Below, piece by piece: positions 51,193 through 62,350 of a stretch of DNA of 64,000 nucleotides. A program made the translations under genes and the position numbers. Origin of the DNA: a plasmid; sequence record NZ_CP023526.1; one strand, 5' to 3'. Position 1 is the first letter of the stretch, and every line of letters begins with the position of its first letter. Under the pieces are notes generated by a model that saw only the letters and a program-made list of their open reading frames with translations, made no database searches and had not been told where the DNA came from.

Positions 51193-52823
51193 TGATTATA
51201 CTCCTCAGTATAAATAGTATCTTCATTCAGTGAATGAATTTGGGTTGTATTCAGGTGGGCACTGTGCCCTTTATTTCGTTTTAAACGTGTCACAGGGTGA
51301 ATATCTCTCGCGGACCATCCTTCTGTTGCCGTTCTCTGCGGCTAAGAAAGAACTACCCTTCCTTATATACCGGCCTTAGGGGCAGCAACTGCAGGCGTAT
51401 ATTGCCGGAAACAGCGTTATGAAAAGATTTGCCGGATAACAATAAATGCCTTGAAGAGGCTTGGGCGAGTGTAGTGAAAGCTGCACACGCCATTCTTAAC
51501 AGAAAGCAGTCAGCCAACTGGCTGTGCTTATTCAACTAAACTGCGAGGCAATATCTACTGCAGATGGGGCCCGTACTCTGTCGCTACCGCCACCGACACT
51601 CTCCGGATCATTACCTCTGTGAACACCACCCAACCAGCTGCCACCAAATCCTGCCAGTGCGATAAACTAAAACAAGGGTTAAAGGATTAAATCGGTGTCT
51701 GTTGTCGAGAGGGAATAATATGTCATTATCTAAGTTATAAACTATTCTGAAATTTTGAAATATTTATCATTTCATGATGATAGCAATATTTAAAAGTCTG
51801 CCTTGGGGGCGATCAGGGCAAAGTGAAATATTGTTCAACAGACTTGGTAGTTAAAAAAACAAGCCTGTCGTTAAAAAAATGCTATACGCATTGACTCAGT
51901 ATTTTTGTTACCGAGAGCGAAACGGTTGCTTCACCAGAATTGTTACTTTGATTGCTTCATCAACAGGCTGTCGAAGGCAGGTATATGGGCTATGAAATGT
52001 TGCCAATGGATACCTGCCGGCGAAAGCCATGGACCATTTTCCGCTGCACCGCCAGCAGAAAATAAATGCCCTGGAGGGCAGTGGTACTGTCGGAGAGCAC
52101 GCTGGCGGGCTGGCTCGGACAAACTGCCGCCGTGCTGTTACCGCGGGCAAACGCCCTGAAACGTGGCCGGCCTTGCCAGCCGACGCTGTAGGGGCGGGGC
52201 ACACAGAAAGGAAAAGCGAAAAGGTATTGTGGGTCTACGTCAGTGCGGCAGGCAGTGAACGGGATATCGTGATGAACGATTGCTGCTCGGGCCGTGTCAG
52301 GGAATACGCCCGTGCAATGCTGAAAGGGGGGCGGGCACCCTGGTGGTGAACATGGTCGCCCGACGGTCTCAGGTTTTGATAGGCTTTTGCATCGTCTTCC
52401 CTTGTCATAAAAACCATGGCCACGCGCAGAAAACCGCGCAAGTGCAAACCCTCCTGACAATCTACGTTCTTCGGCAACCTGCGTTATGTGGTTTCCATGC
52501 CCGGTGGCCTCTCGGCCACGGGCATGACTGACAGTTGGCGTGGGCCAGCAATTGGGCGACAAAGGATACAGCAATACAAACGCAATGCTGGGCATCAAAT
52601 ACGGCTTCTGATACCCAGCACCTGGCATACAGGCAAAAGATGCTGCTGTGCAATTAGTGACACCGAGAAATAACTTTTTGCTGGAGCTTTTACCTGTAAA
52701 TGCTCCAGCACAGTGCAAAGCGGAAACTAACGCAACAGTATCCGGATACATACCCTGCCTCAAACACCAAGAGGCATAATTACCGCAGATACGTCACGCT
52801 ATACTGGTAACTGTTACCCAAAG

Positions 52824-54137
52824 CTATGCAAACACAAGCGTGCTCCAGTAGCCGACCTGCACCGCTTTTATTTTATCGCTGAAGGGAACATGCTGAGGTT
52901 GTCTGAGAAGTTTATCCTCTTCCCCCGTTCCCAGTCCGAGATTTCCGTACACACTATGCCCCCAGGCATAAAGCTTGCCGTCATCGGTAACAGCGGCGCT
53001 GTGATACAGCTCGGTTGCAATATCCAGACAAGGTTTATCCAGAACATTAATTTTGACTGGCTTATATATGTTATTAATATTCGGCTGAGCCAGGCAATAT
53101 CTTTCATTATATCCCCAGCCCCAGATATTTCCCTTATCATCAAGCGCCATGCCGTGGTGCCCCCCCAGTACAACTTTTCTGATAACGGGGGAGGGGCCAT
53201 TAAACTCAAGCTTATGCGGTGGACTGTACGTCTGGGTATTCTCTCCGTTACCTAAACATCCCAGCCAGGCGCACCCCCAGATATAAACCTCATTATTTTC
53301 ATTAACAGCTGCGCCCATATATTTATTCTGAGTAACAGAGAGCCATTTCTGTTCAGACAGGACCCCGTCAGCAACGACGGTCATATTATTAACAGCCGGG
53401 TATCCGTTTTCAGTAGAAAGGTGAACATTACAGTTACTGTCTGACCAACCACAACGGTAAAGCTTCCCATCCTCTTTCCCGATAGCAAAGAGCGTAAATC
53501 CCCGATAACCTTCCTGGTACACATTGCTGACGGAAATATATTTATATTTCCCGTTACCTATCCTTTTAAACTCAAAAGTGTTTCTGTCACCCAAATCATC
53601 CCCAAGACAATGATTAGCATGATTCCCGGCACCATAGATGTAGCCGTCTGAATCCAGCGCAGCAGAATAATAAAATGCCGTTGAGGCCTGGACAATATTT
53701 TGGGGATGTGAGTTACTCCCTTCAAAAACGCACAACTGAGGCGTAACTGTCGTCGAAGAGTTTCCAGTGCCCAGGGTTCCTGAATCATTAAAGCCAAATC
53801 CCCAGAGTTGACCGTTGTCGCTGATAGCAAGGTGTGAGCACCCCCCGCGTGAAACGGAGCGCCATTTAGCTGAATTGCTCAGTTTCAGTTGTGTAAGGTT
53901 GTAGAGATAGTTTCTGTTAGCTAACTGGTAGTGGTCATTCGCACCTGTAGTATAAATGCTATATGACTCCGCGTCTGCGCTGGTTTTTTCATTACTGGCA
54001 GGAACGGTGTCTGCCGTCGTGCTACGATCAGCATGCCCGCCCAGCGCTTCAGCACGTGGTTCGTTAAAACGGGTATTATTAATCATATCAATATCCATAA
54101 TAATTACATTAAAATAAATAGCTCTGATTTTATCCAC
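52824..54137 (-). CDS. RCC1-repeat (regulator of chromosome condensation-like) beta-propeller protein
   Basis: Multiple RCC1-type repeats (GGCSHLAISDNGQLWGFGFNDSGTLGTG; YIWGCAWLGCLGNG; GGHHGMALDDKGNIWGWGYN; YAWGHSVYGNLGLGTG). Polar and disordered N-terminus. No signal peptide. AT-rich flanks. Confidence 0.75.
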   Translation of the reverse strand: MDKIRAIYFNVIIMDIDMINNTRFNEPRAEALGGHADRSTTADTVPASNEKTSADAESYSIYTTGANDHYQLANRNYLYNLTQLKLSNSAKWRSVSRGGCSHLAISDNGQLWGFGFNDSGTLGTGNSSTTVTPQLCVFEGSNSHPQNIVQASTAFYYSAALDSDGYIYGAGNHANHCLGDDLGDRNTFEFKRIGNGKYKYISVSNVYQEGYRGFTLFAIGKEDGKLYRCGWSDSNCNVHLSTENGYPAVNNMTVVADGVLSEQKWLSVTQNKYMGAAVNENNEVYIWGCAWLGCLGNGENTQTYSPPHKLEFNGPSPVIRKVVLGGHHGMALDDKGNIWGWGYNERYCLAQPNINNIYKPVKINVLDKPCLDIATELYHSAAVTDDGKLYAWGHSVYGNLGLGTGEEDKLLRQPQHVPFSDKIKAVQVGYWSTLVFA

Positions 54138-54694
54138 ATAATCAGAAATAAACCAGCGTTATCTAAAAATAAGCCTAATGAGATAAAGTTGTCTGCGTGT
54201 ATCTTATATTTCACCATAAAAGCACATTCCGTAATGAAAATAATACTTAAAATATATTGAAAATAATGTAAAAAACAATCTGACAGGAAGATTGTTTTAG
54301 GGGTGGCCACACATATACACCAAAATAAGCAAGTACTGGATCCATCAAATAATGACGTGCTGCCCTAAAGCCAGCGGACCAGCGTTACCATAGTTAGGTT
54401 TGTCATATACATGCCATTGATAGTTGTACCCTTCACCGCGAAATAACCGCACGGTGGTCATGTACTCCCCTGCCGGTCACCTGAGACCGAACCAGGAGTC
54501 CGGTGTTCTGATCCCGTGTATCCAGTATCTGGCAGATAAACAGATATCATCTATCGGTAGCTCCCCGGCTGCGCTCTATAGATTACTCCCCCTCAGGTAT
54601 AATTATATATATTGTGAAAATTTCTCCTTATTATATTTCAGTTATAAATATTAATCTGTGTGTCAGTTTATCTAATATTTAAGGTCAGGATTAG

Positions 54695-56833
54695 ATGCAT
54701 TTTTTTTATAAACTTTCACCATCGCTGGTGACGTCAGGGATAGTTCTGGCTGGTAGTATGCTGGCGACTTCAGCTTACGCTGACGGCGCTGCTGTTGCGA
54801 CTAAACTGAATGACCAGTGGTTATCTTCTGCAGATAAATGCACTAACAGCAGTGGCGATCTGGTATCTGCATTGGCCTGCAGCGGAGTATTAGTGAAGCC
54901 GCTGCCGAATACCAATGCAGAAAACGCAATGGCGGCAGGCAGTGCATTGTATTTACGCAAAGATCTGAAGCATCCAGGTGATATTACAGGAATAATTCTG
55001 CCTGGAAATCACGCCCTGAATGCCGATGAAAAGGGGCTGTCAGCAGCCTGTGTTCGACCACTGTTGGTGGATAACCACGTTGTCCGGGATGCCTTCGGAT
55101 GCGGTAAGGAAACCACAACCCCGAAAAACAATGATGACACTGACGTGTCTACCTGCAATCAGCAAGGATACCCGGAAGCAATAGGGTGGAAATGGAACGG
55201 GGAATGCTCGCTCAGCGTTCTTATTTATCAGGAGTTCAGCAGAGCGATGAAGCTGAATCAGGATAACAGCATAAACAAGGCCAGCCTCCCCATGCAGGTC
55301 TGGTACCGTCACTGGCCAGACACTATGGCAAAAGCGATGCCTCAGGCACTGGTTTACACCGCAGGGAAAGAGGAAGAGCTTAAGGCCCGCCAGAGGGACA
55401 GAGCCCGACTGTACAGCGATGGCTCCGACGTACCGATTTTGAAATATACTCCCGAAAATGCCTCTCCATTCAGTTACAGTGTAACGGATGATGAGATTCC
55501 CACGGAAAAGTCGGTGCAGGAAAAACTGAACAAACTTTTTGAGGATAAACATAGCGTCAGGTTTACCGTCATTGCACCATCCTATACCGCAAACAATAAA
55601 GTCCTGTCGTTTCTTGCCACCGGGACGGATGGCACAATACCCAAAGGCCCCGTGTCTTATCCTTACTCATATGACTCTCTGGCTTTTGATAAAAATAATC
55701 ATGTGTTTACCAGCATGGGGATGGCGTTCCGCAATATGAGCAGTAATGCCCCAATGTACGGTTTTATTCTCGATACTGATGGAAAACCAGCAGCCAGCGT
55801 TTACGGGCCGAAAGACTCCGATTTTGCCCGACGATCTGCTATTGCCCTCGCACAGGCGTATAATACCCGGACTGACAGCATGCTTCCTGTCGCCGGAATG
55901 AATGCCCAGAACACAGGCAACTCCTCTTCACAGGTTATTCAGACAGGAGTATCACCTTTTGAAGTCATACGAGTAGGTGGCGAAGCTGACATTAAGAAAG
56001 ACCCGACCTCGCTGTATTCACAGGTGCAGGAGGTAACCAGCCGGTATAATGACACCCGAGCTTCCTGTAAGGATAATAGTCCTGCATGGCAATGCTCTGG
56101 GTTAATCGCCCGTGCTACAGGAGCAGGCCACCCATTTACCCAGACTGAGGATGTGGTTAAGAACCGGGGGGTTGCATCCTATTTCTTCCTGCGGGCGGAC
56201 ACACTAACCAACAACTCGTACGCTAACCAGCAGGGAATTATTCTGAAAGTGCCTGACAGTGCATCAATCGACTCATCTGCCGGCAAACAACTGCTCGCCG
56301 TTCTGAAAGACAGAGTAAAATGTATTTATCCCCACGATGCTCAGACCGATCACAATTTTGGCATTGTGAATGATTTTCAGTGCCATAAAAATAATACCAG
56401 ACCAGGTGATATAACTTCGGATTATAAAGACTACAGCGATTGCTCCTCTGAACTGGGGTTACTGGCAGATACTAAAGATATCGATCAGTGGACAGATAAA
56501 TGGCACGCGAAGAAATATACCTGGAGTTACAACCAGTGTGCTTTCAGCACTCAGCATGCGGTTCAGTTTTATGCTGCTATCTGGTTAACCGGTGAACATG
56601 TCGGGGATTATACCTGGAATGAGATGATCCTCGCCCCATCATCGCATGCTGATGATATTCCGGATCTCGATGCTGCATGGTACAGCTATGGCAACCCTGG
56701 TGCTCAGAAAGATGCGAAAACTATTGCCCAAAAATACCATGACGACCTGCACCGAAGCAAAATACCGACCATTGCCTGGGATTATCAGCACAGCGCTATC
56801 CTGTTTGATTTAAACGCACAAACTCAGCCATAG
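54695..56833 (+). CDS. secreted hypothetical protein, family C with two tandem Cys-domains (712 aa)
   Basis: Signal peptide VTSGIVLAGSMLATSAYA. Domain 1 (ACSGVLVKP...) and domain 2 (SPAWQCSGLIARA...CIYPHDAQT...) both resemble the 42083..43519 protein. Confidence 0.55.
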   Translation: MHFFYKLSPSLVTSGIVLAGSMLATSAYADGAAVATKLNDQWLSSADKCTNSSGDLVSALACSGVLVKPLPNTNAENAMAAGSALYLRKDLKHPGDITGIILPGNHALNADEKGLSAACVRPLLVDNHVVRDAFGCGKETTTPKNNDDTDVSTCNQQGYPEAIGWKWNGECSLSVLIYQEFSRAMKLNQDNSINKASLPMQVWYRHWPDTMAKAMPQALVYTAGKEEELKARQRDRARLYSDGSDVPILKYTPENASPFSYSVTDDEIPTEKSVQEKLNKLFEDKHSVRFTVIAPSYTANNKVLSFLATGTDGTIPKGPVSYPYSYDSLAFDKNNHVFTSMGMAFRNMSSNAPMYGFILDTDGKPAASVYGPKDSDFARRSAIALAQAYNTRTDSMLPVAGMNAQNTGNSSSQVIQTGVSPFEVIRVGGEADIKKDPTSLYSQVQEVTSRYNDTRASCKDNSPAWQCSGLIARATGAGHPFTQTEDVVKNRGVASYFFLRADTLTNNSYANQQGIILKVPDSASIDSSAGKQLLAVLKDRVKCIYPHDAQTDHNFGIVNDFQCHKNNTRPGDITSDYKDYSDCSSELGLLADTKDIDQWTDKWHAKKYTWSYNQCAFSTQHAVQFYAAIWLTGEHVGDYTWNEMILAPSSHADDIPDLDAAWYSYGNPGAQKDAKTIAQKYHDDLHRSKIPTIAWDYQHSAILFDLNAQTQP

Positions 56834-57692
56834 CTGCATCAGATATTCCGGAGGATTTCCCGGAATATCTTCCATTTGGCTGACATAAAATTTTATGTCA
56901 GCCAAATGCCAGTTAGCTTGAGAGAGTCGGCAGCGCGTTACGGACGAGGAGTCGTCCTGCTACCTGAATGTACTCTGGGGTCTTCATACGAGCAGGCGAA
57001 TATCAGTTTATGTGACACTGTCACTTAATTTTATCTCCCAGGGATGCAAATCACTGTACCCCACACAGTACGGGGTAGTAAGCGGGAACGGTCCAAAATT
57101 TTGTCACGCCTGTCATTTTCTGCCTTGCGATGAAAAATTTTAATATTCAACGATTTGCTCCCAGGTTTCTGTTTCTGCGAGCCGTTTTTCTACCGAATGA
57201 AAATCAGTATGGCTCAGAACAACCTCGTTCCACTCACAAGGCGATTCCAGTACATATCCGTAAGGTATCCGACGGGCTGATGAGTTAGCAGCCCGGGCTG
57301 GAGCCCATTTAAAAGTTTTGATGCATGCACCTTTTGGCAGCGTGGATAAAATAATTTTGCAGGGGGGAAGAGGTGATTAATGAAAACTTTCAGATAATTA
57401 CCGGCTTCGCTGGGTCACTGTGCCCTTTACCCGCCGCGTCCTGTTCAGTCCCGGCTGGCACCTCTATGCCTCAGGCGACATCTGTCACATTCTGGCTATT
57501 GTGAATATTTTTTATTTCGTCCAATCAGTGCGTTGTGCGAATTTTATCTGCCCCCCCGCAACAACAGTGAGAGATATAGAACACATGACTCACAGGTTTT
57601 AACGGAATGTGCCCGGACCCAGTCAGTGGATATTCTCTTCCTGGCAATGGTTGCCGGACGTATGACCCGCTGCATAGAGTATTGACGAACAG

Positions 57693-59024
57693 GTGCTGTA
57701 TCTGACCTTACATAGCGTTGCCGCGACGATGGATAACCACTGTCGCGCGATTAACACAGGACTAATAACCATGACCGTTACACCGCTTTTCATCCGTAAC
57801 CATCCCCTGTCCGGGACAGAACAGTTTCAGATAGACTCCAACCTGCTTTCTCAGTTATTGCCCGCATCCCCGGAAGGGGCGAAGACCCGTCTGTTTCATT
57901 TGCCTCTTCCGGACGGGGCGGTTATTTCATTGCACACAGAATATGCAGAAACCACAGTCGACGGCTATGCCTTGTATGGTGTCCAGCCTGATAACCGGGC
58001 GATTTATGCTTTCATAGGCGTAACAGGAGACAGCACGGTTGGTTTTCACCTTGCAGGCTCTGTATATCTGGAAGAACAGAACTACATTATTGAGCCCGCC
58101 GGTGCCGGTCAGGTGACAATAAGTCCTGCGCCACCACTGACTGAGCTGTTTCATCTCCACGCAGGGGAAATACGTACCCCTGTCGCCACTTCAACTGACG
58201 GGCTGCCGTTGCTCCAGCCAGTCGGGGAAGATAATACATCACCGGCAGAAATTGCCATTCTCGCCCTGTATCCTGCAGCCCTCGAAACAGCCATTGCAGG
58301 CGGCGTGGCTGGTATCACTGCTGTGGTCAATAAAATGCAGATAGCCCTCAACATCGCGTTCCGTAATACGGGTATTGCGGCACAGGGTAAAATCACGGTT
58401 GATAAACTGGACGTGCTGAAACAAACAGAAGTCACAGCGCTGCTGAAAGAGGTGGTGATTTTCGACTGGAGCAAAAATGCCTTCGTTCGGGGACCCGCCT
58501 GGCAGGCGGTATCTGAATTGCGTGACGCCCGAAAGGCTGATGTGGTTGCTTTACTTGCCCCCACCCTCGGGGACGATATGTTTTACGGGCTCACCAGCTG
58601 TATTCCGCAGCCGGCGAGTGCCAGCCACTCTGAGCTTGATTATGCCACGATGAGTGTGTGTGCAAAACTAGGAGGTGCTGATATGGTTTTTGCACATGAG
58701 TTCGGACACTTGCTGGGAGGGCTGCATTCACGTCACATGCAAAAAAAGGGGCTGGGTAATCCACAATATGATTTTGCGCGCGGGTATATATCAAAAGATG
58801 GCTCGTGGGGAACCCTGATGGCAAACGGAGAAACAGGCACAACAATACCCGCCTGGTCTGCAACTGACCGACAGTGGAAAGGAGAGACTACGGGTGTTCC
58901 TGCGGGGCAGCCTGATGCGGCCGACTGTGCCAGCCTGTTCCGTCTCAGCGTCCATCAGGTGTCCCGTTATCGCAGCCATACAGCTCCGGTTATTCCGGGC
59001 AACCGTAGCGGTGACACTGGCTGA
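57693..59024 (+). CDS. metzincin-type zinc metalloprotease (HExxHxxGxxH)
   Basis: VFAHEFGHLLGGLHS is the extended zinc-binding motif. No signal peptide. Likely real start at an internal Met (MTVTPLF). Confidence 0.65.
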   Translation: MLYLTLHSVAATMDNHCRAINTGLITMTVTPLFIRNHPLSGTEQFQIDSNLLSQLLPASPEGAKTRLFHLPLPDGAVISLHTEYAETTVDGYALYGVQPDNRAIYAFIGVTGDSTVGFHLAGSVYLEEQNYIIEPAGAGQVTISPAPPLTELFHLHAGEIRTPVATSTDGLPLLQPVGEDNTSPAEIAILALYPAALETAIAGGVAGITAVVNKMQIALNIAFRNTGIAAQGKITVDKLDVLKQTEVTALLKEVVIFDWSKNAFVRGPAWQAVSELRDARKADVVALLAPTLGDDMFYGLTSCIPQPASASHSELDYATMSVCAKLGGADMVFAHEFGHLLGGLHSRHMQKKGLGNPQYDFARGYISKDGSWGTLMANGETGTTIPAWSATDRQWKGETTGVPAGQPDAADCASLFRLSVHQVSRYRSHTAPVIPGNRSGDTG

Positions 59025-59064
59025 CATACCTTGCTGGGCTCTGTCGCATTAACCTCAGCAGGTT

Positions 59065-59091
59065 ACCCGAAAGCCGGGCGGGTGGTTTTTT
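59065..59091 (+). terminator. possible Rho-independent terminator downstream of the metalloprotease gene
   Basis: ACCCG-AAAGCCGGG-CGGGT followed by GGTTTTTT. Confidence 0.35.
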
Positions 59092-59099
59092 ACGCTACA

Positions 59100-59126
59100 C
59101 GCGTCTTTCATCAGGGTCCGAATCGA
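59100..59126. repeat. second copy of the 27-bp sequence (CGCGTCTTTCATCAGGGTCCGAATCGA)
   Basis: 26/27 identical to 30421..30447. Direct orientation. Confidence 0.7.
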
Positions 59127-60078
59127 GAAAGCCGCCGGCTGAATATCCCCCGTACAGTGTATTACTGGTACGGGGGCTTCGTGGCAAAGAGAATGGCCAC
59201 GATGCTGGGCTACTTCATCTGCCTGCTGAAGGGCGTCTGGCTTAACTGGCGAAAATAGCAGGGCCAGTGGGGAAGCCTGGATGTTGCACGGTTTTCGCAG
59301 TATCTGTCGATGGTGGTCCATTAGCAGGAGTCCCTCAGACCTTACCGGCAGCGTTGGTGCAGGGGCAGGTCTTCCTCGCCTGTTGCTTTCAGGCTGTAGA
59401 GCACATCGCTGAGCTAGAACATTCAACGGGGAGAGGCTGGAACTCAAGACAGACTGGCTGAGCGGTTTAGTTACATCATTCATTGGACAGGAAAGGGGAT
59501 ACACACCTCAGCTTTTGTGGCCATCTGGAGCAAAAGATACCTCCCGTCGCACGCGACGGGCCCCGGATCGGGGACAGCTGTCGCCGTGTCTTCCCCCTTA
59601 CCCCTGCTAAACCGCCGCGCCCCGGCCCTCCGGGCCGGAACAGCATCGCTTTTAATAATGGATGTTGTAACTAGAATTCTGTGTTGCTTTGCGCAGAGTC
59701 GCAGCTAATCCGAGTGACACACTCGTAAGCGGCCTACGGCTCGCTAACGCGGAGATACGCCACGACGGCGGCAAAGCCTTGTCGTGACCACTCCGATCGC
59801 GCACAAAGTACTCATCATCGCTTTAGGACCGTAATGTCTAACAGGGAAGGGGGCGGGTCTGCGTGATATGTAGCATCTGAGGCGGCTACGCCGCGCTACC
59901 GGCGCCGTTTGGCATCTGGGCCGCAGGTAACTCCACTTGGTGCCTGCATACACCTGATGACACTTTCATCACGGTGCTCGCTCTTTCAGAGCCCATTAAG
60001 ATAAGCCTGTACTTCGCAACATCAAACAGGCACTGCACAGGACGCTGAAAGAGATCACAATAATTTCATTTGGTATAA

Positions 60079-60248
60079 TATGTCGATAAAATGCATTTTC
60101 TTAAACATATAGTCAGGACATGTTTATAGCATCGACATGATTTGCCCATTTGTCGATAAAATACGTTTTTTTAAACTTATGGACTAGATATGTTTATGAC
60201 ATCGACATATTATGAGGATATGTCGATAAAATCTGATTTTGTAAACAT
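60079..60248 (+). promoter_or_regulatory. three direct repeats (70-bp period) of TGTCGATAAAATnnnTTTTnTnAAACnTAT, each followed by ATCGACAT (inverse of ATGTCGAT), immediately upstream of fic
   Basis: Repeat starts at 60081, 60151 and 60221. ATCGACAT at 60131 and 60201. The last repeat abuts the fic ATG at 60249. Confidence 0.55.
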
Positions 60249-61325
60249 ATGAGCTGGAATCCAGAAACCCCATACAACGAGCTGCCGACACTTCCACCTG
60301 GCCTGGAGCGAATTGAAACTCGCAGTGTACTCAAAGCGTGTATAACTGCTCGTACTGCGCTCGCTGAACTGAAAACAGCCGGGGAACTGATTCCTGATCA
60401 GGGCTTACTGATCAACATCTTGCCGATGCTGGAAGCAAAAGACTCTTCACGCATTGAGAACATAGTGACAACCAGTGATCAGCTTTTCCAGTTTGCCGAC
60501 CGCGCAGATGATGCAGATCCTGCCACCAAAGAAGCGCTTCGCTATCGTACCGCGCTATATGACGGTTTTACGCATCTGGAAACCTATCCTCTTTGCACAA
60601 ACACCGCTATAGCAATTTGCACGAAACTTCGCGCAGTGCAAACTGACATTAGGAAGACGCCGGGTACGGTGTTGCGTGATCAGAATCACAAAGTGGTATA
60701 TACCCCCCCGGTGGGTGAAGACGCTATTCGTAATTTACTGGCTAATTGGGAGCGTTTTCTGCACGAAGAGGACGATTTAGACCCACTTGTAAAGATGGCT
60801 ATTACGCACTATCAGTTTGAGTCCATCCATCCGTTTCCAGATGGAAATGGGCGCACAGGCCGCATTTTGAACATCCTATTCCTTCTCCAGAAAGAATTGC
60901 TGTCCCTACCGATACTGTACTTGTCTCGCTTCATCCTAGAACGACGTGGTGATTACTACACGCTACTGCGTAAGGTGACGGAAGAGGGTGACTGGGAATC
61001 ATGGATATTGTTTATGCTTGAAGCCATAGCTAACACGTCACGCTGGACAACAGACAAGATTGCTATAGTCCGGTCATTGATGGCTGAAACAGTGGAGTAT
61101 GTGCGCGAGAAGCTGCCGAAAATCTACACTTATGAACTTATCCAGGCGCTTTTTGCACAGCCATATTGCCGGATCGAGAACCTCGTTGAACGGGGCGTGG
61201 CCAAACGCCAGACAGCATCTATCTATCTAAAACAGCTGGTAGAAATTGGCGTACTGGAAGAAAAGAGTTCAGGGCGTGAAAAGCTGTACATAAACACCCG
61301 ACTGCTGAAAGAGCTGAATCAGTAA
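60249..61325 (+). CDS. Fic-family protein (AMPylation/DOC fold) with C-terminal winged-helix domain
   Basis: Canonical Fic motif HPFPDGNGRTGR. 358 aa. Confidence 0.85.
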   Translation: MSWNPETPYNELPTLPPGLERIETRSVLKACITARTALAELKTAGELIPDQGLLINILPMLEAKDSSRIENIVTTSDQLFQFADRADDADPATKEALRYRTALYDGFTHLETYPLCTNTAIAICTKLRAVQTDIRKTPGTVLRDQNHKVVYTPPVGEDAIRNLLANWERFLHEEDDLDPLVKMAITHYQFESIHPFPDGNGRTGRILNILFLLQKELLSLPILYLSRFILERRGDYYTLLRKVTEEGDWESWILFMLEAIANTSRWTTDKIAIVRSLMAETVEYVREKLPKIYTYELIQALFAQPYCRIENLVERGVAKRQTASIYLKQLVEIGVLEEKSSGREKLYINTRLLKELNQ

Positions 61326-61669
61326 CGTGGATTTAGGCTACCAGGAATTAACATGCACCCATTGTAATATTGCAGCTGATTCTTAGTAAATCGGATTTAT
61401 AATAGCCCTAAACTTCACCGGCAGGAGCTGGTCATTTCAAAACCACCCCTGGTTTATCGGAAACCAGCGCCTTCCGGCAATGGTCAGTCTAACGGTCAAA
61501 ATGAAAAACAAAGCCGGCAGCTATAGAGTTCACGAAAGCACCATGAAGCTGAAGAGCTGCTGCACGTCACACATAACGTGGCTGAAACGGAGTTGTGGTA
61601 ACTGAACAAGATATTCGGCCAATTATGTGTCATTGTTGACGGAACGGGTTCTCTGATTGAGGAAAGACA

Positions 61670-62350
61670 ATGGCGGCAGGACCACTAAAAGAGCCGATGA
61701 ATATCTGGGCGTTTTTGTCACAGGGATGGCCCTATATCGGGGCGCTCTCAGTGGTTTGCCTGACACATGTGCTGGCCAGACATCGTGAAAAATGGGCGAT
61801 TCAAGAAAAAATACATCTTGAGCAGAAGAAAACTGACAGGGAGCAGGCTGAAGAACTGTGTTTTATCGGGTCGCAGCTGATATTTATGCTTGAATCCTTT
61901 GCTGTCAGTTGCGCTGATGTAGCTATTGATAAAGGAAAAAAAGAAGAGAGCGATGATCGGAGAGCTCAGGTTGTGATTATTCCCGGAACCGAGATCCCTG
62001 AAATCAGTTTGACCAGAGTGGAGGGGAACTGGCGCGTACTACGGGCATGGGATATGTTCCGGATCATGGCGCTTCCCGGGATGCTTCTTGATGCCCGTAC
62101 CCATATAGTTAATCGCTCAGAACATCTTTCCTGGGGGGCTGACAGCGCTGAGCTGCTTCGCATCCGGGCGTATTATTCTACCCTGCTGGGCCTTCGGGCA
62201 TCTTCTCTGGCAAGGCAACTCCGAAAGCAGTGTGGTTTTCCGCCATCTTCTCTTTCAGAGGGGCGACATTCGGCAACTCTGGTGCTGCTCAAAGAGCGTA
62301 AACGCCAGGTAAAGCAGGGATTGTCTGAACGGACCGAACCCGCCATGTAA
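61670..62350 (+). CDS. hypothetical membrane-anchored protein (226 aa)
   Basis: N-terminal hydrophobic helix (WAFLSQGWPYIGALSVVCLTHVLA). No recognised domain. Confidence 0.35.
   Translation: MAAGPLKEPMNIWAFLSQGWPYIGALSVVCLTHVLARHREKWAIQEKIHLEQKKTDREQAEELCFIGSQLIFMLESFAVSCADVAIDKGKKEESDDRRAQVVIIPGTEIPEISLTRVEGNWRVLRAWDMFRIMALPGMLLDARTHIVNRSEHLSWGADSAELLRIRAYYSTLLGLRASSLARQLRKQCGFPPSSLSEGRHSATLVLLKERKRQVKQGLSERTEPAM

Noticed and set aside
58151-58564. 137-aa minus-strand ORF and other antisense ORFs inside the metalloprotease gene
   Set aside because: They are antisense to a CDS with a clear HExxHxxGxxH motif.
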